A stretch of 64,000 nt of DNA from Candidatus Hydrogenedentota bacterium (GCA_963674865.2 CAXXYE010000006.1:1-64000), one strand, 5' to 3'. Shown: positions 10,253 through 20,545, counted from the stretch's first letter. Made by a program: numbers and translations. The notes: generated by a model from the sequence alone, not told the origin.

Positions 10253-11199
10253 TGTCCAGCGTCATCACAGCGGACGGGCTCACACGCCGCTTCGGCAGTT
10301 TCACCGCCGTCGACAGCGTCAACCTCGACATCGCGGAGGGCATGATCTTCGGCTTTCTGGGGCCTAACGGCTCAGGCAAGACCACCCTCATCCGAATGCT
10401 CTGCGGCCTCCTCCGGCCCTCTTCCGGACGGGCCTACGTTTTGGGATTCGACACGTCCCGGCAGAGCGAGTCCATCAAGCGCAACATCGGCTACATGTCG
10501 CAGCAATTCAGTTTGTACACCGACCTGACGGTGATGGAGAATCTAACGTTCTACGCCAGAATCTATGGTATTCCCCGGCGCGAAATGCGGGCGCGCATCG
10601 ACGAGGTGATCGAGATCGTCGGCATCGAGGCGTACCGCCGGCGCCTGGCGGGACAGCTCTCGGGGGGATGGAAGCAGCGCTTGGCGCTGGCATGCGCCCT
10701 GGTCCATCGCCCGCGCCTGATGTTTCTGGATGAACCAACCGCGGGCATTGACCCCGTGGCGCGGCGGGATCTTTGGGACTTGCTATTCCGACTGTCGAGC
10801 CAGGGGGTGACCTTCTTCGTCACGACGCACTACATGGACGAGGCCGAACGCTGCACGCACGTAGGCTACATCTACTTCTCGAAGTTGATCGTCTGCGGCA
10901 CGCCCCACGAACTCAAGAGCCTGCCGGCCGTTACGCCCGAGGAAACGATCCGCCTGGAGGTGCGCTGCCCGAGACTCCCTGCGGCCATGCGCGCCCTGAA
11001 CGACCTCGACTACGTGAGGGACGCGACCATATTCGCCGACTCTCTCCATGTGCTGGTCGAGGGCGGCCAGCGGGATAGTATCGAGCGGGATCTGACGATG
11101 CAGGGCTTCGCGCCCGTCAAGACGGCCCCAATCCCGCCGACACTGGAGGACGTTTTTGTCACGCTCACGCGCGAGAAAGGCTTGATGCACCATGTTTAG
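10249..11199 (+). CDS. ABC-2 type transporter ATP-binding protein
   Basis: [34 protein letters not shown]. Confidence 0.95.
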   Translation: MMSSVITADGLTRRFGSFTAVDSVNLDIAEGMIFGFLGPNGSGKTTLIRMLCGLLRPSSGRAYVLGFDTSRQSESIKRNIGYMSQQFSLYTDLTVMENLTFYARIYGIPRREMRARIDEVIEIVGIEAYRRRLAGQLSGGWKQRLALACALVHRPRLMFLDEPTAGIDPVARRDLWDLLFRLSSQGVTFFVTTHYMDEAERCTHVGYIYFSKLIVCGTPHELKSLPAVTPEETIRLEVRCPRLPAAMRALNDLDYVRDATIFADSLHVLVEGGQRDSIERDLTMQGFAPVKTAPIPPTLEDVFVTLTREKGLMHHV

Positions 11200-12307
11200 A
11201 GGCATGACGTCGATCATCTATAAGGAGTCGATACACGTTCTCCGCGATAAGCGCACGCTGTTCCTGATGATTCTCGTGCCCGGATTTCAGCTGACCATTT
11301 TCGGATACGCCATCGATCTCGACGTCAAGAACATCGAGACCTCCGTCTATAACCTCGACGGCCGCCGGGAAAGCCGTGACCTCATTGACACGTTCGTCCA
11401 CTCCGGCTACTTCAAGATCGTACACCATGCCTCGTCGGATCAGGACTTGACCTCTGACATCGTCCGGGGCCACGCCAAAGTCGGCCTCAAGATTCCGCCC
11501 GATTACTCGGACCACCTGGTACGCGGAGACGGCACGCAGATCCAGGTCCTCATAGACGGCAGCAACTCGACGGTGGCCATGCAGGCTCTAAACGTGGCAA
11601 ACGCCATCGCCCTGCGAAAGTCTGTCAACATCATCGGCGAGCAGGTCGGCGTCGGCGCCACGCCGCCCATCGAGGCCCGCCCGCGCGTGTTGTTCAATCC
11701 GGATATGCGAACCGTGAACTTCATGGTGCCGGGCCTGGTGGGACTGATCATGCAGATCGTCACAATGTTCTTGACGGCTTTTGCGATTGTCCGCGAAAAG
11801 GAGAACGGCACCCTCGAACAGCTTATGGTGACGCCCGTCTCCCGGTTGGGGCTGATGATGGGGAAGCTGGTGCCCTATGGCATAATCGGCATCGTCGAGA
11901 CATCGATTGTCGTATGCATCATGCGGTTCCTATTTGGAGTCGAAATCGCGGGGAATCTGCTTCTCTTGGCTGGTTTTGCCCTCATTTTCTTGTTTACGGC
12001 CCTGGGCTTCGGACTGTTGATCTCCACCGTCGCCAATAACCAGATCCAGGCCATTCAGTACTCGGTTGTCATCATCATGCCTTCCGTGCTGCTTTCCGGA
12101 TTCGTTTTCCCGCAGGAAAACATGCCCCTGCCCATCTACCTCATTGGACAGGTTATCCCCGCTACCTACTTCATCCGCATCCTGAGGGGAATCATCCTTC
12201 GGGGCGCAGGCTTCCGGGAGCTCTGGCCACACGCGGCGTGTCTCACGGTGATGGGATTCTGCCTGATCACGATCAGCACGCGGCGATTCAGGAAGACTTT
12301 GGCATAG
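11192..12307 (+). CDS. ABC-2 type transporter permease (YbhR/S-like)
   Basis: [26 protein letters not shown], multiple TM segments. Confidence 0.93.
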   Translation: MFRGMTSIIYKESIHVLRDKRTLFLMILVPGFQLTIFGYAIDLDVKNIETSVYNLDGRRESRDLIDTFVHSGYFKIVHHASSDQDLTSDIVRGHAKVGLKIPPDYSDHLVRGDGTQIQVLIDGSNSTVAMQALNVANAIALRKSVNIIGEQVGVGATPPIEARPRVLFNPDMRTVNFMVPGLVGLIMQIVTMFLTAFAIVREKENGTLEQLMVTPVSRLGLMMGKLVPYGIIGIVETSIVVCIMRFLFGVEIAGNLLLLAGFALIFLFTALGFGLLISTVANNQIQAIQYSVVIIMPSVLLSGFVFPQENMPLPIYLIGQVIPATYFIRILRGIILRGAGFRELWPHAACLTVMGFCLITISTRRFRKTLA

Positions 12308-12531
12308 TCCGCCTCTCTTATGCCCTCGCCTCCTGCGCCCTTCGCAAAAGAGTATTTCATAAGGCCTTTTATATCAGCGCGTTAGAATACCCCCCCCAAA
12401 GCCGGCAACAACTTCGGTTCGCCTTACTGGAGTTCTTGGGGTATAATTTCAATGCGGACTACTCTTGACACGATTGCGCGCGCATTCATTGGGAAGGAGA
12501 CTGCTCTAATGAGCGGCCGAGGGGAATTCTG

Positions 12532-12720
12532 ATGGCCGGGACATGGCTAAAGAGGCAAGAGGGGGTTATCGAGACATCCTCGAAGTTCAAGGCGTGGTGG
12601 CTGCGCGCCATTCGAGGCTATGACGTTCTGGAGACGATTCGGCGTCCCCGTTTTGTGTCGTTCGGTAGAATTGGCTACGACAACACCTTCATTCTCAAGC
12701 CGAAAAACAAGGAGGACTGA
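12532..12720 (+). CDS. Small hypothetical protein (62 aa)
   Basis: ORF with a GAGGGG RBS-like sequence in a lower-GC patch; no recognisable domain. Confidence 0.35.
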   Translation: MAGTWLKRQEGVIETSSKFKAWWLRAIRGYDVLETIRRPRFVSFGRIGYDNTFILKPKNKED

Positions 12721-12770
12721 TCGGGGGGCTTCATAGCCCAAAGGTCGCGGGTTCGAATCCGCCCCCGCCA
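12721..12770 (+). pseudogene. Degenerate 3' fragment of tRNA-Met(CAT), initiator-like
   Basis: GGGCTTCATAGCCC anticodon arm, AAAGGTC variable loop, GCGGGTTCGAATCCGC T arm and CCCCGCCA 3' strand; no D arm or 5' acceptor strand. Confidence 0.6.
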
Positions 12771-12897
12771 GGCCGTGCCGAACGGGCAGTCCATTCGTTC
12801 TGCCCCACACGCCGAACGCACCTTCCCCGAGGTCCCTACACGGGAACGCCGCTACGTGCAGGACTTCCGCGGGGGTGAGGCCGTTTTCGCGGAACCT

Positions 12898-13098
12898 TCA
12901 GCGCCGCCGCTCAATGACCGCGTAGGCAAAGAGAAACGGTCCGAGCCAGACGACATTACCCAGAACCAACGTGAGAGCGGAATGCGCGAAGGAACCCTTC
13001 TCCATACCGACGAGCATCAGGACCTCGTAGCAGGCACATTGGAGAAGGATTGCCAGTATCACGAGCACAAAGAAAACCGACCGCGTTCTATTGTACAT
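12898..13098 (-). CDS. Small two-TM membrane protein
   Basis: MYNRTRSVFFVLVILAILLQ... with two hydrophobic helices and a basic C-terminus. Confidence 0.45.
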   Translation of the reverse strand: MYNRTRSVFFVLVILAILLQCACYEVLMLVGMEKGSFAHSALTLVLGNVVWLGPFLFAYAVIERRR

Positions 13099-13414
13099 AG
13101 TCGTCGTTCCCCAATACCCATCTGCCGTCGGACAGCACATGCAACAAGAGTCGTTCCTTGCTCGGAACGCTGTTCCTCCCGAAGGTTCGCCCCTACTGGC
13201 GCACAAGGGCTTACGAATGGAGTCCTGGTCGAAAAACAGGCCAGACACCACGACGAATGCACCGCGCCTTCAGTGCCGACCTCACGTGCCAGGAGGAGTC
13301 CCGCTTTCTCCCTCGGGTTCGGCACTGCGTCTTCGCACTGTGACACTGGCAACCGACGGGGATTTCTGCAAATACGGCAAGTCCAGCGGATTGCCGGAAT
13401 AGACTCGGGCGCCC

Positions 13415-14206
13415 TTATAGCCCAAGTTCCTTCATGGCCTGCTCTTGTCTGCGGTTGTAATCCTGGGTTGTACGGCCGAGGTCCCGCCGCATTCGGTTAT
13501 CCGCCCCACTCGTAGCCGAGTGGCCCATGCTGTTCAATTCCTGTTGAATCCCAATCCCTGTCATCATCTCCCCCATGGGGCCGCCCGCACCGCCGCGGCC
13601 GGCACGTTGCCTTACCTGACTCCGGCGTTGATTGGCCCGGGGATTGTAGGCGCCGCTTGCCTCACGGCGATAGGACGATGGCATTTTGAGAGCGCCCGTT
13701 GAGGGGTCGTAGATAAACTCCCGGCCGTCGGCCGTTAGCGGGACTGCGGGGAGGTAACCGGGCACCAACGCGGCGAGCGATGGCGGGTAATAGCCGGTGG
13801 TGCGGCCATACTGATCGATTGCCACTAGGATGTTGTCCATCTTGTGCTGGTCCGACTCCGGGCCAAGCGGATCTTTCGGGTAGTCCAGCACCTTGCCCGT
13901 CGCGGGGTCATAGTTGTAGGAGGTACCGTCAGGCTGTCGAGGCAGCCGGGGCAAGTAGGCGGGGACAAGTTCTTCAAGGGCAGTAGGATAGAAACCTTTC
14001 TCGGCATGGTACGTGTCGACGGCCTGCTGAAGACGTATCTTGCCCATCGTGCCCCCGATGGCACTCGCTTGGCTGTGGATGGCCCTCATGTTCTCCGCTT
14101 GGAGTTCGCCCTGGATTGCCGTCGTAGACAGCAGTTCCAAGCCACAGCCAACCAGCATGGGAGCCAAGAAACTTACCGTCCAAGCTTTCATCGGCCGATC
14201 CTCCAC
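13415..14206 (-). CDS. Putative lipoprotein with two tandem pseudopilin (GspG)-like modules
   Basis: LVGC lipobox; repeated units AVDTYHAEKGFYPTALEELVPAYL...YNYDPATG and AIDQYGRTTGYYPPSLAALVPGYL...FIYDPSTG. Confidence 0.6.
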   Translation of the reverse strand: MEDRPMKAWTVSFLAPMLVGCGLELLSTTAIQGELQAENMRAIHSQASAIGGTMGKIRLQQAVDTYHAEKGFYPTALEELVPAYLPRLPRQPDGTSYNYDPATGKVLDYPKDPLGPESDQHKMDNILVAIDQYGRTTGYYPPSLAALVPGYLPAVPLTADGREFIYDPSTGALKMPSSYRREASGAYNPRANQRRSQVRQRAGRGGAGGPMGEMMTGIGIQQELNSMGHSATSGADNRMRRDLGRTTQDYNRRQEQAMKELGL

Positions 14207-14470
14207 CCAAGGATTATATCACACGCCCATCTGACGTATCGGCGCTCGACGCCTTGTCAAGCACCTGCCGCAGGTTCTCACATATGCTGTCGGGAAGTTC
14301 CATGCCTTTCTTCCCCGCTTCTCACGTAGCACAACCTAAGAGCACCCAGATTGCATGGCCTCCTGAGTGGCTTTAGAAAAAGTGACCTCGCAGAATAACT
14401 TTCCGCCACGCAACGGAAGGTGGCCGCGCGAAGAACTTAGAGCGTTTTTCGGATCAAATGGTACTATCTA

Positions 14471-14499
14471 TTGACATTCTTGACTATTAATTCTATACT
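14471..14499 (+). promoter_or_regulatory. Near-consensus sigma70 promoter in an AT-rich region
   Basis: TTGACA-17 nt-TATACT. Confidence 0.75.
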
Positions 14500-14585
14500 A
14501 AATTTATCAATATGGGTTATTATGTTTGTGTTTTAGAGCGCTTTATTACGATTAATGCCATTATCTATGGCTTGAAGAAGCTCCA

Positions 14586-15191
14586 TTGACTACGTTTAGC
14601 AGTCAAAGCAAACCCAATAACGTATTAGCCACGTTGTTTTCCTCGACAGCGCGCGTGGCTGTGCTCCGTCTCTTTGTTCTCGACCCACTCCGTGCGTATT
14701 ACCAGCGCCAAATCGAAGCTGCCACGGGACTTGCCATCCGCGCCGTGCAACGAGAGTTGGAGCGGCTAACCTCTATCTCGCTGTTGTACCGCCACGCGGA
14801 AGGGAACCGCACCTATTACCAACTGGACGAACAGTTCGGCTTCTATCCGGAGCTGAGAAGTATGCTGCTTAAGAGCGCGAGTCCTTACGAGCGTCTTCGG
14901 GCCGTGCTGGCCCGCGACAGGGCCGTCCGTTTGGCCTTTCTCGACAGAGCCGGGAAGCAGGTATTGCTGGTGACGCCTGATGAAGCGGCAGCGACGTTTG
15001 AGCCGGTTGCGCCGTATGAATTTGAGTCAATGACGAGCGGGGATTTCACCCATTGCCTTGTTGAAAATCCGGGACGCCTGTCGGCGTTTCTTTCTGAAGG
15101 TGTTGATATCTTGGGGCGTCGTGACGATGTCATATGGCGGCGCATCGAGGCGGCGGGTTTCGAGGTTGCGAAGGGAGAAGGTGTACCTTGA
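14586..15191 (+). CDS. Winged-HTH protein with a degenerate nucleotidyltransferase-like C-terminal domain
   Basis: LFSSTARVAVLRLF...YYQRQIEAATGLAIRAVQRELERL...EGNRTYY...YPELRSMLLKS is typical of wHTH-MNT fusions; the GS..D.D motif is absent. Confidence 0.7.
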   Translation: MTTFSSQSKPNNVLATLFSSTARVAVLRLFVLDPLRAYYQRQIEAATGLAIRAVQRELERLTSISLLYRHAEGNRTYYQLDEQFGFYPELRSMLLKSASPYERLRAVLARDRAVRLAFLDRAGKQVLLVTPDEAAATFEPVAPYEFESMTSGDFTHCLVENPGRLSAFLSEGVDILGRRDDVIWRRIEAAGFEVAKGEGVP

Positions 15192-16624
15192 TGGACGTTT
15201 CGAAGGACATAACGAAACTGTGCGAGTCCTGGTGGGAGACACTGGCCGATTCGACGAAGGTCGAACAGTCACGATTCGCGGAGCAGTTCCTGGACTTGCT
15301 TGGGTGGCGTGACCTAGCGCCATTAGAGCGCAAGGGCACATGGGCGCGCTACGCGATGGTTTCCTATATCCTGCGCGCCGGCTCTAACGGCATCGCAACG
15401 TACTTCGTACTGCCCGGCCAGTTGGAGCCGCCGACGGCGCTCATGGAACGCGGCCTGGATTTCTGCGAGGCAACACGCATGCTGGTGAGTGTGGCCCGCG
15501 GACTCCACGTGCGCTATACCTTCATCACCGACCTTCACCGCTCGTACCTTTATGATGTAAAGACGGATGAGTTGCTCCTGCATGCCGACTCTCCCCGGAA
15601 ATTCGCCGGCGACTTCCGTGAGGTGATGCAGCAAACCGACATCGAGGACGGGGCGCTCGAGGGGATTCGCAGGGAGCCGCGCAGCCACGTGGCTCGCCAT
15701 CTTCGGGACTGGATACAGCGCTGGCGCGAGACACTCGTCATGGAGCATCAGTGCTCGAAGGAGGCAGCGTATCAGCTTATCGACCGGGTCCTCGTGATTC
15801 GTTACCTCTTTAGCCACGGGGCGTTGAGAAGAATGGGCTGGGGGCTCCAGAAGCGATACCAACAGCTTGTCGGCTTGGCCTTCAGCCCGAACGCAGGGAA
15901 TTGCGGAAAGGACCTGACGGGGCTATTTCATGACATCTGGCTGGATTGGAAGGCCGACCTTTTCGCCGCGTCGGCCGAAGTGGATGGTGTCTTGGAGCAG
16001 CCCGGCGTTGCGGCACCGCTGCTTCGTGAATCGGTGCTACTGTCCCACGTCAAGTTCAACGTTGCAACCGTCCTCGAGAGCTTCAACTACGGCGAACCGA
16101 TGGAAAAGGCCCGCGTACGGACTATCCCGGATGTGGATGAGGAGCGTGAGACCTATCTGGCGAAGATTACTCCGGAGAGCGTGGACACCGCCGAGATGAA
16201 GGTGGATATAGTGGACGAGGGATATCGGGCCGTTCTGCACTGGCTCGACAAACTCGTGGGCCTTTACGAGCGCCTGGAGACGGAGTTCGACGCGAAGACT
16301 TATAATCCGAGGACTATGCCGGCCGATATGGACCTCTTCACGTGGTCGGAAATGGACGCAAACCGGCCACAGGCCCTTGCGGACAAACTTCGCCATGCCG
16401 TCGAGCATGGGCTCACGGTATACCACGCAACGCCCCGTCAATTCCGAACGGCTCGTTTGCTGCTGTACCTACACCTTATCAGCCGCTACGGAAAGACCAA
16501 GCAGCGGTTCACGCACTTCCCGCGTGTCGAGGCAGCGCTGAAACCTAGGCCGCGCACGCTCGAGTCGGACAGGACTCGCATCTTCCATCCAGCCGAACCT
16601 GAAGAGGACTTGGATCTGTTGTAA
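15191..16624 (+). CDS. Hypothetical protein resembling the N-terminal (HsdR_N-like plus helical) part of Type IIG/I restriction-modification enzymes, with no MTase motifs
   Basis: FAEQFLDLLGW, FITDLHRSYLYD, QLIDRVLVIRYL; TGATG stop-start overlap with the upstream gene. Confidence 0.55.
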   Translation: MDVSKDITKLCESWWETLADSTKVEQSRFAEQFLDLLGWRDLAPLERKGTWARYAMVSYILRAGSNGIATYFVLPGQLEPPTALMERGLDFCEATRMLVSVARGLHVRYTFITDLHRSYLYDVKTDELLLHADSPRKFAGDFREVMQQTDIEDGALEGIRREPRSHVARHLRDWIQRWRETLVMEHQCSKEAAYQLIDRVLVIRYLFSHGALRRMGWGLQKRYQQLVGLAFSPNAGNCGKDLTGLFHDIWLDWKADLFAASAEVDGVLEQPGVAAPLLRESVLLSHVKFNVATVLESFNYGEPMEKARVRTIPDVDEERETYLAKITPESVDTAEMKVDIVDEGYRAVLHWLDKLVGLYERLETEFDAKTYNPRTMPADMDLFTWSEMDANRPQALADKLRHAVEHGLTVYHATPRQFRTARLLLYLHLISRYGKTKQRFTHFPRVEAALKPRPRTLESDRTRIFHPAEPEEDLDLL

Positions 16625-16710
16625 CGGGTGATGCGCTCTTCCGCACTTCGGAATAATGAGCCGCCGGGCGGGTGTTGTGCCAAACCGAAGCTGTTGAGGA
16701 GGAGGATGCC

Positions 16711-17280
16711 ATGCCACGTCCGCCGATTCTTCCCACGATTGACTGGCGAGAGTTGTTTGTCTCCGGAGCCGAATACGCGGAGTGGCTTCGCAGCGGCGAG
16801 TCGCCGACGAATCAAGCGAAGATGGAGGCGTTGCGCGAAAATGTCGTCATTGAGAGCCAGGACCGCGACTTCTTGGCAGGGCTCGCAAGAGCTGTGCATG
16901 TGGTCGCCATCGCCGAAGACTGGTGTGGCGACGTGGTGCGCCATGTTCCTGTGCTCCAGCGTCTGGCCGATGAGTGTTCGCAGTTGCGCGTGCGCTACTT
17001 CAGTCGAGAGGAACGCCCTGAAGTATTCATCCGGTACCTGACGAACGGGGGCGAGGCGATTCCCAGATTTGTCTTTCTCAGCCAGGAGTTCGTTGAGTGC
17101 GGCAACTGGGGCCCGATGCCGTCCTCATGCCGCGAACTCATCGCCCGCGGCAAAGCCTGCGGCGATGTGGGGGCGGCCCGGAAGAAGGTAGCGCTTCTCT
17201 ACGAGGCCGATGCCAAACGACGGGAGGTCATCGACGAGCTACTTCACCTGATCGATGTCGCCTCGTGCGCCCGGCCCTAA
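16711..17280 (+). CDS. Thioredoxin-family protein (Thioredoxin_9-like)
   Basis: IAEDWCGD, YLTNGGEAIPRF, WGPMP. Confidence 0.85.
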   Translation: MPRPPILPTIDWRELFVSGAEYAEWLRSGESPTNQAKMEALRENVVIESQDRDFLAGLARAVHVVAIAEDWCGDVVRHVPVLQRLADECSQLRVRYFSREERPEVFIRYLTNGGEAIPRFVFLSQEFVECGNWGPMPSSCRELIARGKACGDVGAARKKVALLYEADAKRREVIDELLHLIDVASCARP

Positions 17281-17298
17281 GACCTGCCCATGACTCCG

Positions 17299-19101
17299 TC
17301 ACACAAGCTGTTCCAACTCGGACACGAGTTCGCGAAACCGGGCCATGGCCATCAGCACAGGTTCGGGCTGCTCCATGTCTACACCGGCGCCCCGTAGAAG
17401 ATCTAGGGGGAATTTCGACCCGCCGCCGCGCAAGAAATCGAGATAGGCGTCCCGTTCAACCTTGCCGCCTTGGCGCACACGCTCGGACAGCGCGATGGCC
17501 GCGGCGATCCCCGTGGCGTACTTGTACACGTAGAACGCCCTGTAGAAGTGAGGGATGCGCATCCCTTCGAGCGACAGCGCGTCATCAACGGCGAAGTCCG
17601 GCCCAAAATAGCGCTCAAGAAGTGCGCGGTATTCGCCGCGGATACGCTCGAGGGTCAGCGGCTCGTCGCGCTCGGCAATAGCGTGGACGTTCTTCTCGAA
17701 CTCGGCGAACATTGTCTGGCGTATCAGCGTGCCTCGGATCTCGTCGATCTCCCGGGTGATCAGGTAGGCGCGCGTGCGCTTGTCCTTCGCTCGTTCGAGA
17801 AGGTACCGGTTGAGAAACTGCTCGTTGAAAGTCGACGCGACCTCGGCCACGAAGATGGTGTATTGGTAATCATGGTAAGGCTGGTGGCGGGCGCTGTAAT
17901 TCGTGTGCATCGAATGGCCCGCCTCGTGGGCCAGCGTAAACATGCTGTCCAGCACGTCGGGCTTGTAGTTCATAAGGATGTACGGCGGCCCGATATATCC
18001 GCCGGATGAGAAGGCTCCGCTTCGCTTTCCGCGATTCTCGTACTTGTCCACCCACCTGCCGCGTAGGCCTCGCTCCAATGTCCGGCAATAGGAATCGCCG
18101 AGTGGGGCCAAGGCGGCCACGACGGTGTCCACGGCCTTTTCATAAGAGGTCTGCCGGCGCTTCATGGCCACGATGGGTACGTAGTTATCGTAGAAGTGAA
18201 GCTGCCGGGCGCGCAGCGCTTTCCGGCGCACTTCGAGGTACCGATAGAGCGTCTCGAGATTCTCGTGAACGGCGTCGATTAGGCTTGTATACACGGACAC
18301 GGGAACATTATCGCGAAATAAGGAGGCTTCGAGCGCGCTGGGATGATTGCGGACTCGGGCGTAATACACATCCTGCAGTACGGACGAACTCAGCGTCGCG
18401 GCCAGTGTGTTGGCATGCGCCTCGTGAACCGCGTAGAACTTCTCGAAGGCTTTCCGACGCACAGCGCGCCTTGGGGATTCGAGCAGACTGCGGAAAGACC
18501 CCTGAGTCAACTCAATCCGCTCGCCGCGTTCATTCGTCACGAATCCAAACTTGAAGTCCGCGTCCGTCAATTGCCCGAACACCTTGCTCGCCGTGCCGGC
18601 GACCTCCCCCTGCATGGCAAGAATGCGCTCCTCGCGGGCGGATAGAATGTGTGGGCGGTAGCGAAGCAGCTTCTCCAGGTAGAAGCGATAGTCCTTCAAA
18701 ACGGGGCTCCTGAGGAACGCCGCCATCTTCTTTTTCGGAATGGCCTGAATCTCCGGGGCCATGAAACTTGACGCTTCTTGAGCGCGCGTCGCCACGCGGA
18801 TGTAGCGCGCCATCATGCCTTGGTAGGTGTCGTTCGCCACGTCCTCGGATGCGCGCAGCGAGGCATATTCGCCCAGTCGCTCGGCCTGTTGATCGAAATC
18901 GAGGTCGAATTGAATACAGGCCAGCAGCGCTCTGGCCGAACGGCCCAAAGTCCCACGAAAGCCGGCGTAGCCTTCAATCTGCTTCTCGAGCTTGCTCAGG
19001 CCACGGCGCCACGCGGCATCTGACTTGAACAAGGGGGAAAGATCCCACGTGTCCTCCGTCTTGACTTCACTCCGCAAGGGGATTCGCTTTGTTTTCGACA
19101 T
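17299..19101 (-). CDS. pepF: Oligoendopeptidase F
   Basis: TWDLSPLF, GKRSGAFSSG, TLAHEAGHSMH, FVAEVASTFNE, PHFYRAFYVYKYATG. Confidence 0.95.
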   Translation of the reverse strand: MSKTKRIPLRSEVKTEDTWDLSPLFKSDAAWRRGLSKLEKQIEGYAGFRGTLGRSARALLACIQFDLDFDQQAERLGEYASLRASEDVANDTYQGMMARYIRVATRAQEASSFMAPEIQAIPKKKMAAFLRSPVLKDYRFYLEKLLRYRPHILSAREERILAMQGEVAGTASKVFGQLTDADFKFGFVTNERGERIELTQGSFRSLLESPRRAVRRKAFEKFYAVHEAHANTLAATLSSSVLQDVYYARVRNHPSALEASLFRDNVPVSVYTSLIDAVHENLETLYRYLEVRRKALRARQLHFYDNYVPIVAMKRRQTSYEKAVDTVVAALAPLGDSYCRTLERGLRGRWVDKYENRGKRSGAFSSGGYIGPPYILMNYKPDVLDSMFTLAHEAGHSMHTNYSARHQPYHDYQYTIFVAEVASTFNEQFLNRYLLERAKDKRTRAYLITREIDEIRGTLIRQTMFAEFEKNVHAIAERDEPLTLERIRGEYRALLERYFGPDFAVDDALSLEGMRIPHFYRAFYVYKYATGIAAAIALSERVRQGGKVERDAYLDFLRGGGSKFPLDLLRGAGVDMEQPEPVLMAMARFRELVSELEQLV

Positions 19102-19262
19102 GGCGCACTCCTTGTGTGTCGCGTTGCGGCCGAGAAGTCACGAGTATAAACCATCACCGCGGGACAGGACTAGCGGCGGCCTTTGAACTGGCGCTGTTGG
19201 CTTGGCTATGATGCGGCGTCGTTCGAGACTTGGGGCACTTGCGAGAAGGGGAGAAGCACACC

Positions 19263-20171
19263 ATGGCACGCAAACCGAAGATCATTGACGGGAAGAAGAT
19301 GGCCGAGGAGATCCGCGCGGAGCTTCGGCAGGAGGTCGAAGCATTGGCCAAGCGCGGCGTCGTTCCCGGGATTGCCGTCGTTTTGGTTGGGGAAAATCCG
19401 GCGAGCCAAGTCTACGTGCGCATGAAGAAGAAGGCGTGCGCGGATATCGGCGTGGCGTCGTTTGCGTACGAGCTTCCGAAGACGTGCTCGGAGAAGCGCC
19501 TACTCAACCTCATCGCTAAACTCAACGCCGATCCGAAGGTTCACGGTATCCTGGTTCAGTTGCCTCTACCGAAGCAGATCAGCGAAACCAAGGTGCTCAA
19601 CGCCATCGATCCCCTCAAGGACGTGGACGGCTTTCATCCCGTGAGCGTGGGCAAAATGCTCAACGGCGACGAGACCTTCCTCCCTTGCACGCCGCACGCC
19701 TGCCAGGTCATGCTGCTCAGGGCGGGATTCGACCCCTGCGGCAAACACGTGGTGGTCGTCGGGCGCTCGAATATCGTCGGCAAACCTCTGGCAGCCATGC
19801 TGATGCAGAAGGCGCCCGGCGCGAATGCGACGGTGACGGTGTGTCACTCGCGGACAAAGAATCTGGCGTCCATCACGAAGCAGGCCGACATTCTGATCGC
19901 CGCCATGGGCGTGCCGGAATTCGTGAAAGCGCGCATGGTGAAGGATGGTGTTGTTGTAATCGACGTGGGCGTCAACCGGGTCGAGGATGCATCCAAGAAG
20001 TCAGGCTACCGGCTGGTTGGGGACGTTGACTTCAAAGGGGTCAGCAAGAAAGCCAGGGCCATTTCACCGGTGCCCCGCGGCGTCGGCCCGATGACGATCA
20101 CCATGTTGCTCAAGAACACGGTGGAAGCCGCGAGACGCGCGAACACCCGCCCTGCCAAGCGCAAGAGGTGA
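19263..20171 (+). CDS. folD: Methylenetetrahydrofolate dehydrogenase/cyclohydrolase
   Basis: IIDGKKMA, YVRMK, GILVQLPLP, KDVDGFHP, PCTP, GRSNIVGKP, GVGPMT. Confidence 0.97.
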   Translation: MARKPKIIDGKKMAEEIRAELRQEVEALAKRGVVPGIAVVLVGENPASQVYVRMKKKACADIGVASFAYELPKTCSEKRLLNLIAKLNADPKVHGILVQLPLPKQISETKVLNAIDPLKDVDGFHPVSVGKMLNGDETFLPCTPHACQVMLLRAGFDPCGKHVVVVGRSNIVGKPLAAMLMQKAPGANATVTVCHSRTKNLASITKQADILIAAMGVPEFVKARMVKDGVVVIDVGVNRVEDASKKSGYRLVGDVDFKGVSKKARAISPVPRGVGPMTITMLLKNTVEAARRANTRPAKRKR

Positions 20172-20178
20172 CTGAGCC

Positions 20179-20529
20179 TTGATTACGAAGGACGGAGAGA
20201 GTGACGCGAGGCGCAAGGTTATCGACCTTATAGCGACGGCCTAGGCGAAGGGGGATGAAGCAGTTCTTCATCGCATTGGGCGGGAAATCACGGCCTCAGA
20301 GGTCGGCTTGATGCTCCGAGTCCTGCCGGAGGACACGCGGGCGATCATTCTCGAGAACATGGCATCGGATCTGAGGGGCCCCATAGACGAAATGGCCCGT
20401 AGCAATGAGTCCATCGAAGTGCCCGCCGCATGCTCTCGATCACGGTTTGCGCCCTGGCCCGCCGACACATCCGAGAAGGCCCTGGAGAAGTACGTCGCCA
20501 TCGACGCAGGACTCCGCACGTCCGGCTAA
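20179..20529 (+). pseudogene. Possible FliG C-terminal/MgtE-N-like helical fragment with an internal TAG (20242-20244)
   Basis: DEAVLHRIGREITASEVGLMLRVLPEDTRAIILENM resembles FliG_C helices; lies next to the flagellar operon. Confidence 0.3.
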
Positions 20530-20545
20530 GCCAGGCTATCCGCTC

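Noticed and set aside
12775..13515. 246-aa plus-strand ORF after the tRNA fragment
   Set aside because: Non-protein-like composition; overlaps better-supported minus-strand genes
14530..14545. GTTTTAGAGC resembles the start of type II-A CRISPR repeats
   Set aside because: Single occurrence, no regularly spaced repeats and no cas genes
14400..14600. AT-rich region as a replication origin
   Set aside because: No DnaA boxes (TTATCCACA) and no dnaA/dnaN nearby; a strong promoter explains it
20242..20244. In-frame TAG as pyrrolysine recoding
   Set aside because: No pyl genes or methylamine methyltransferase context, and TAG is used as a normal stop elsewhere in the window
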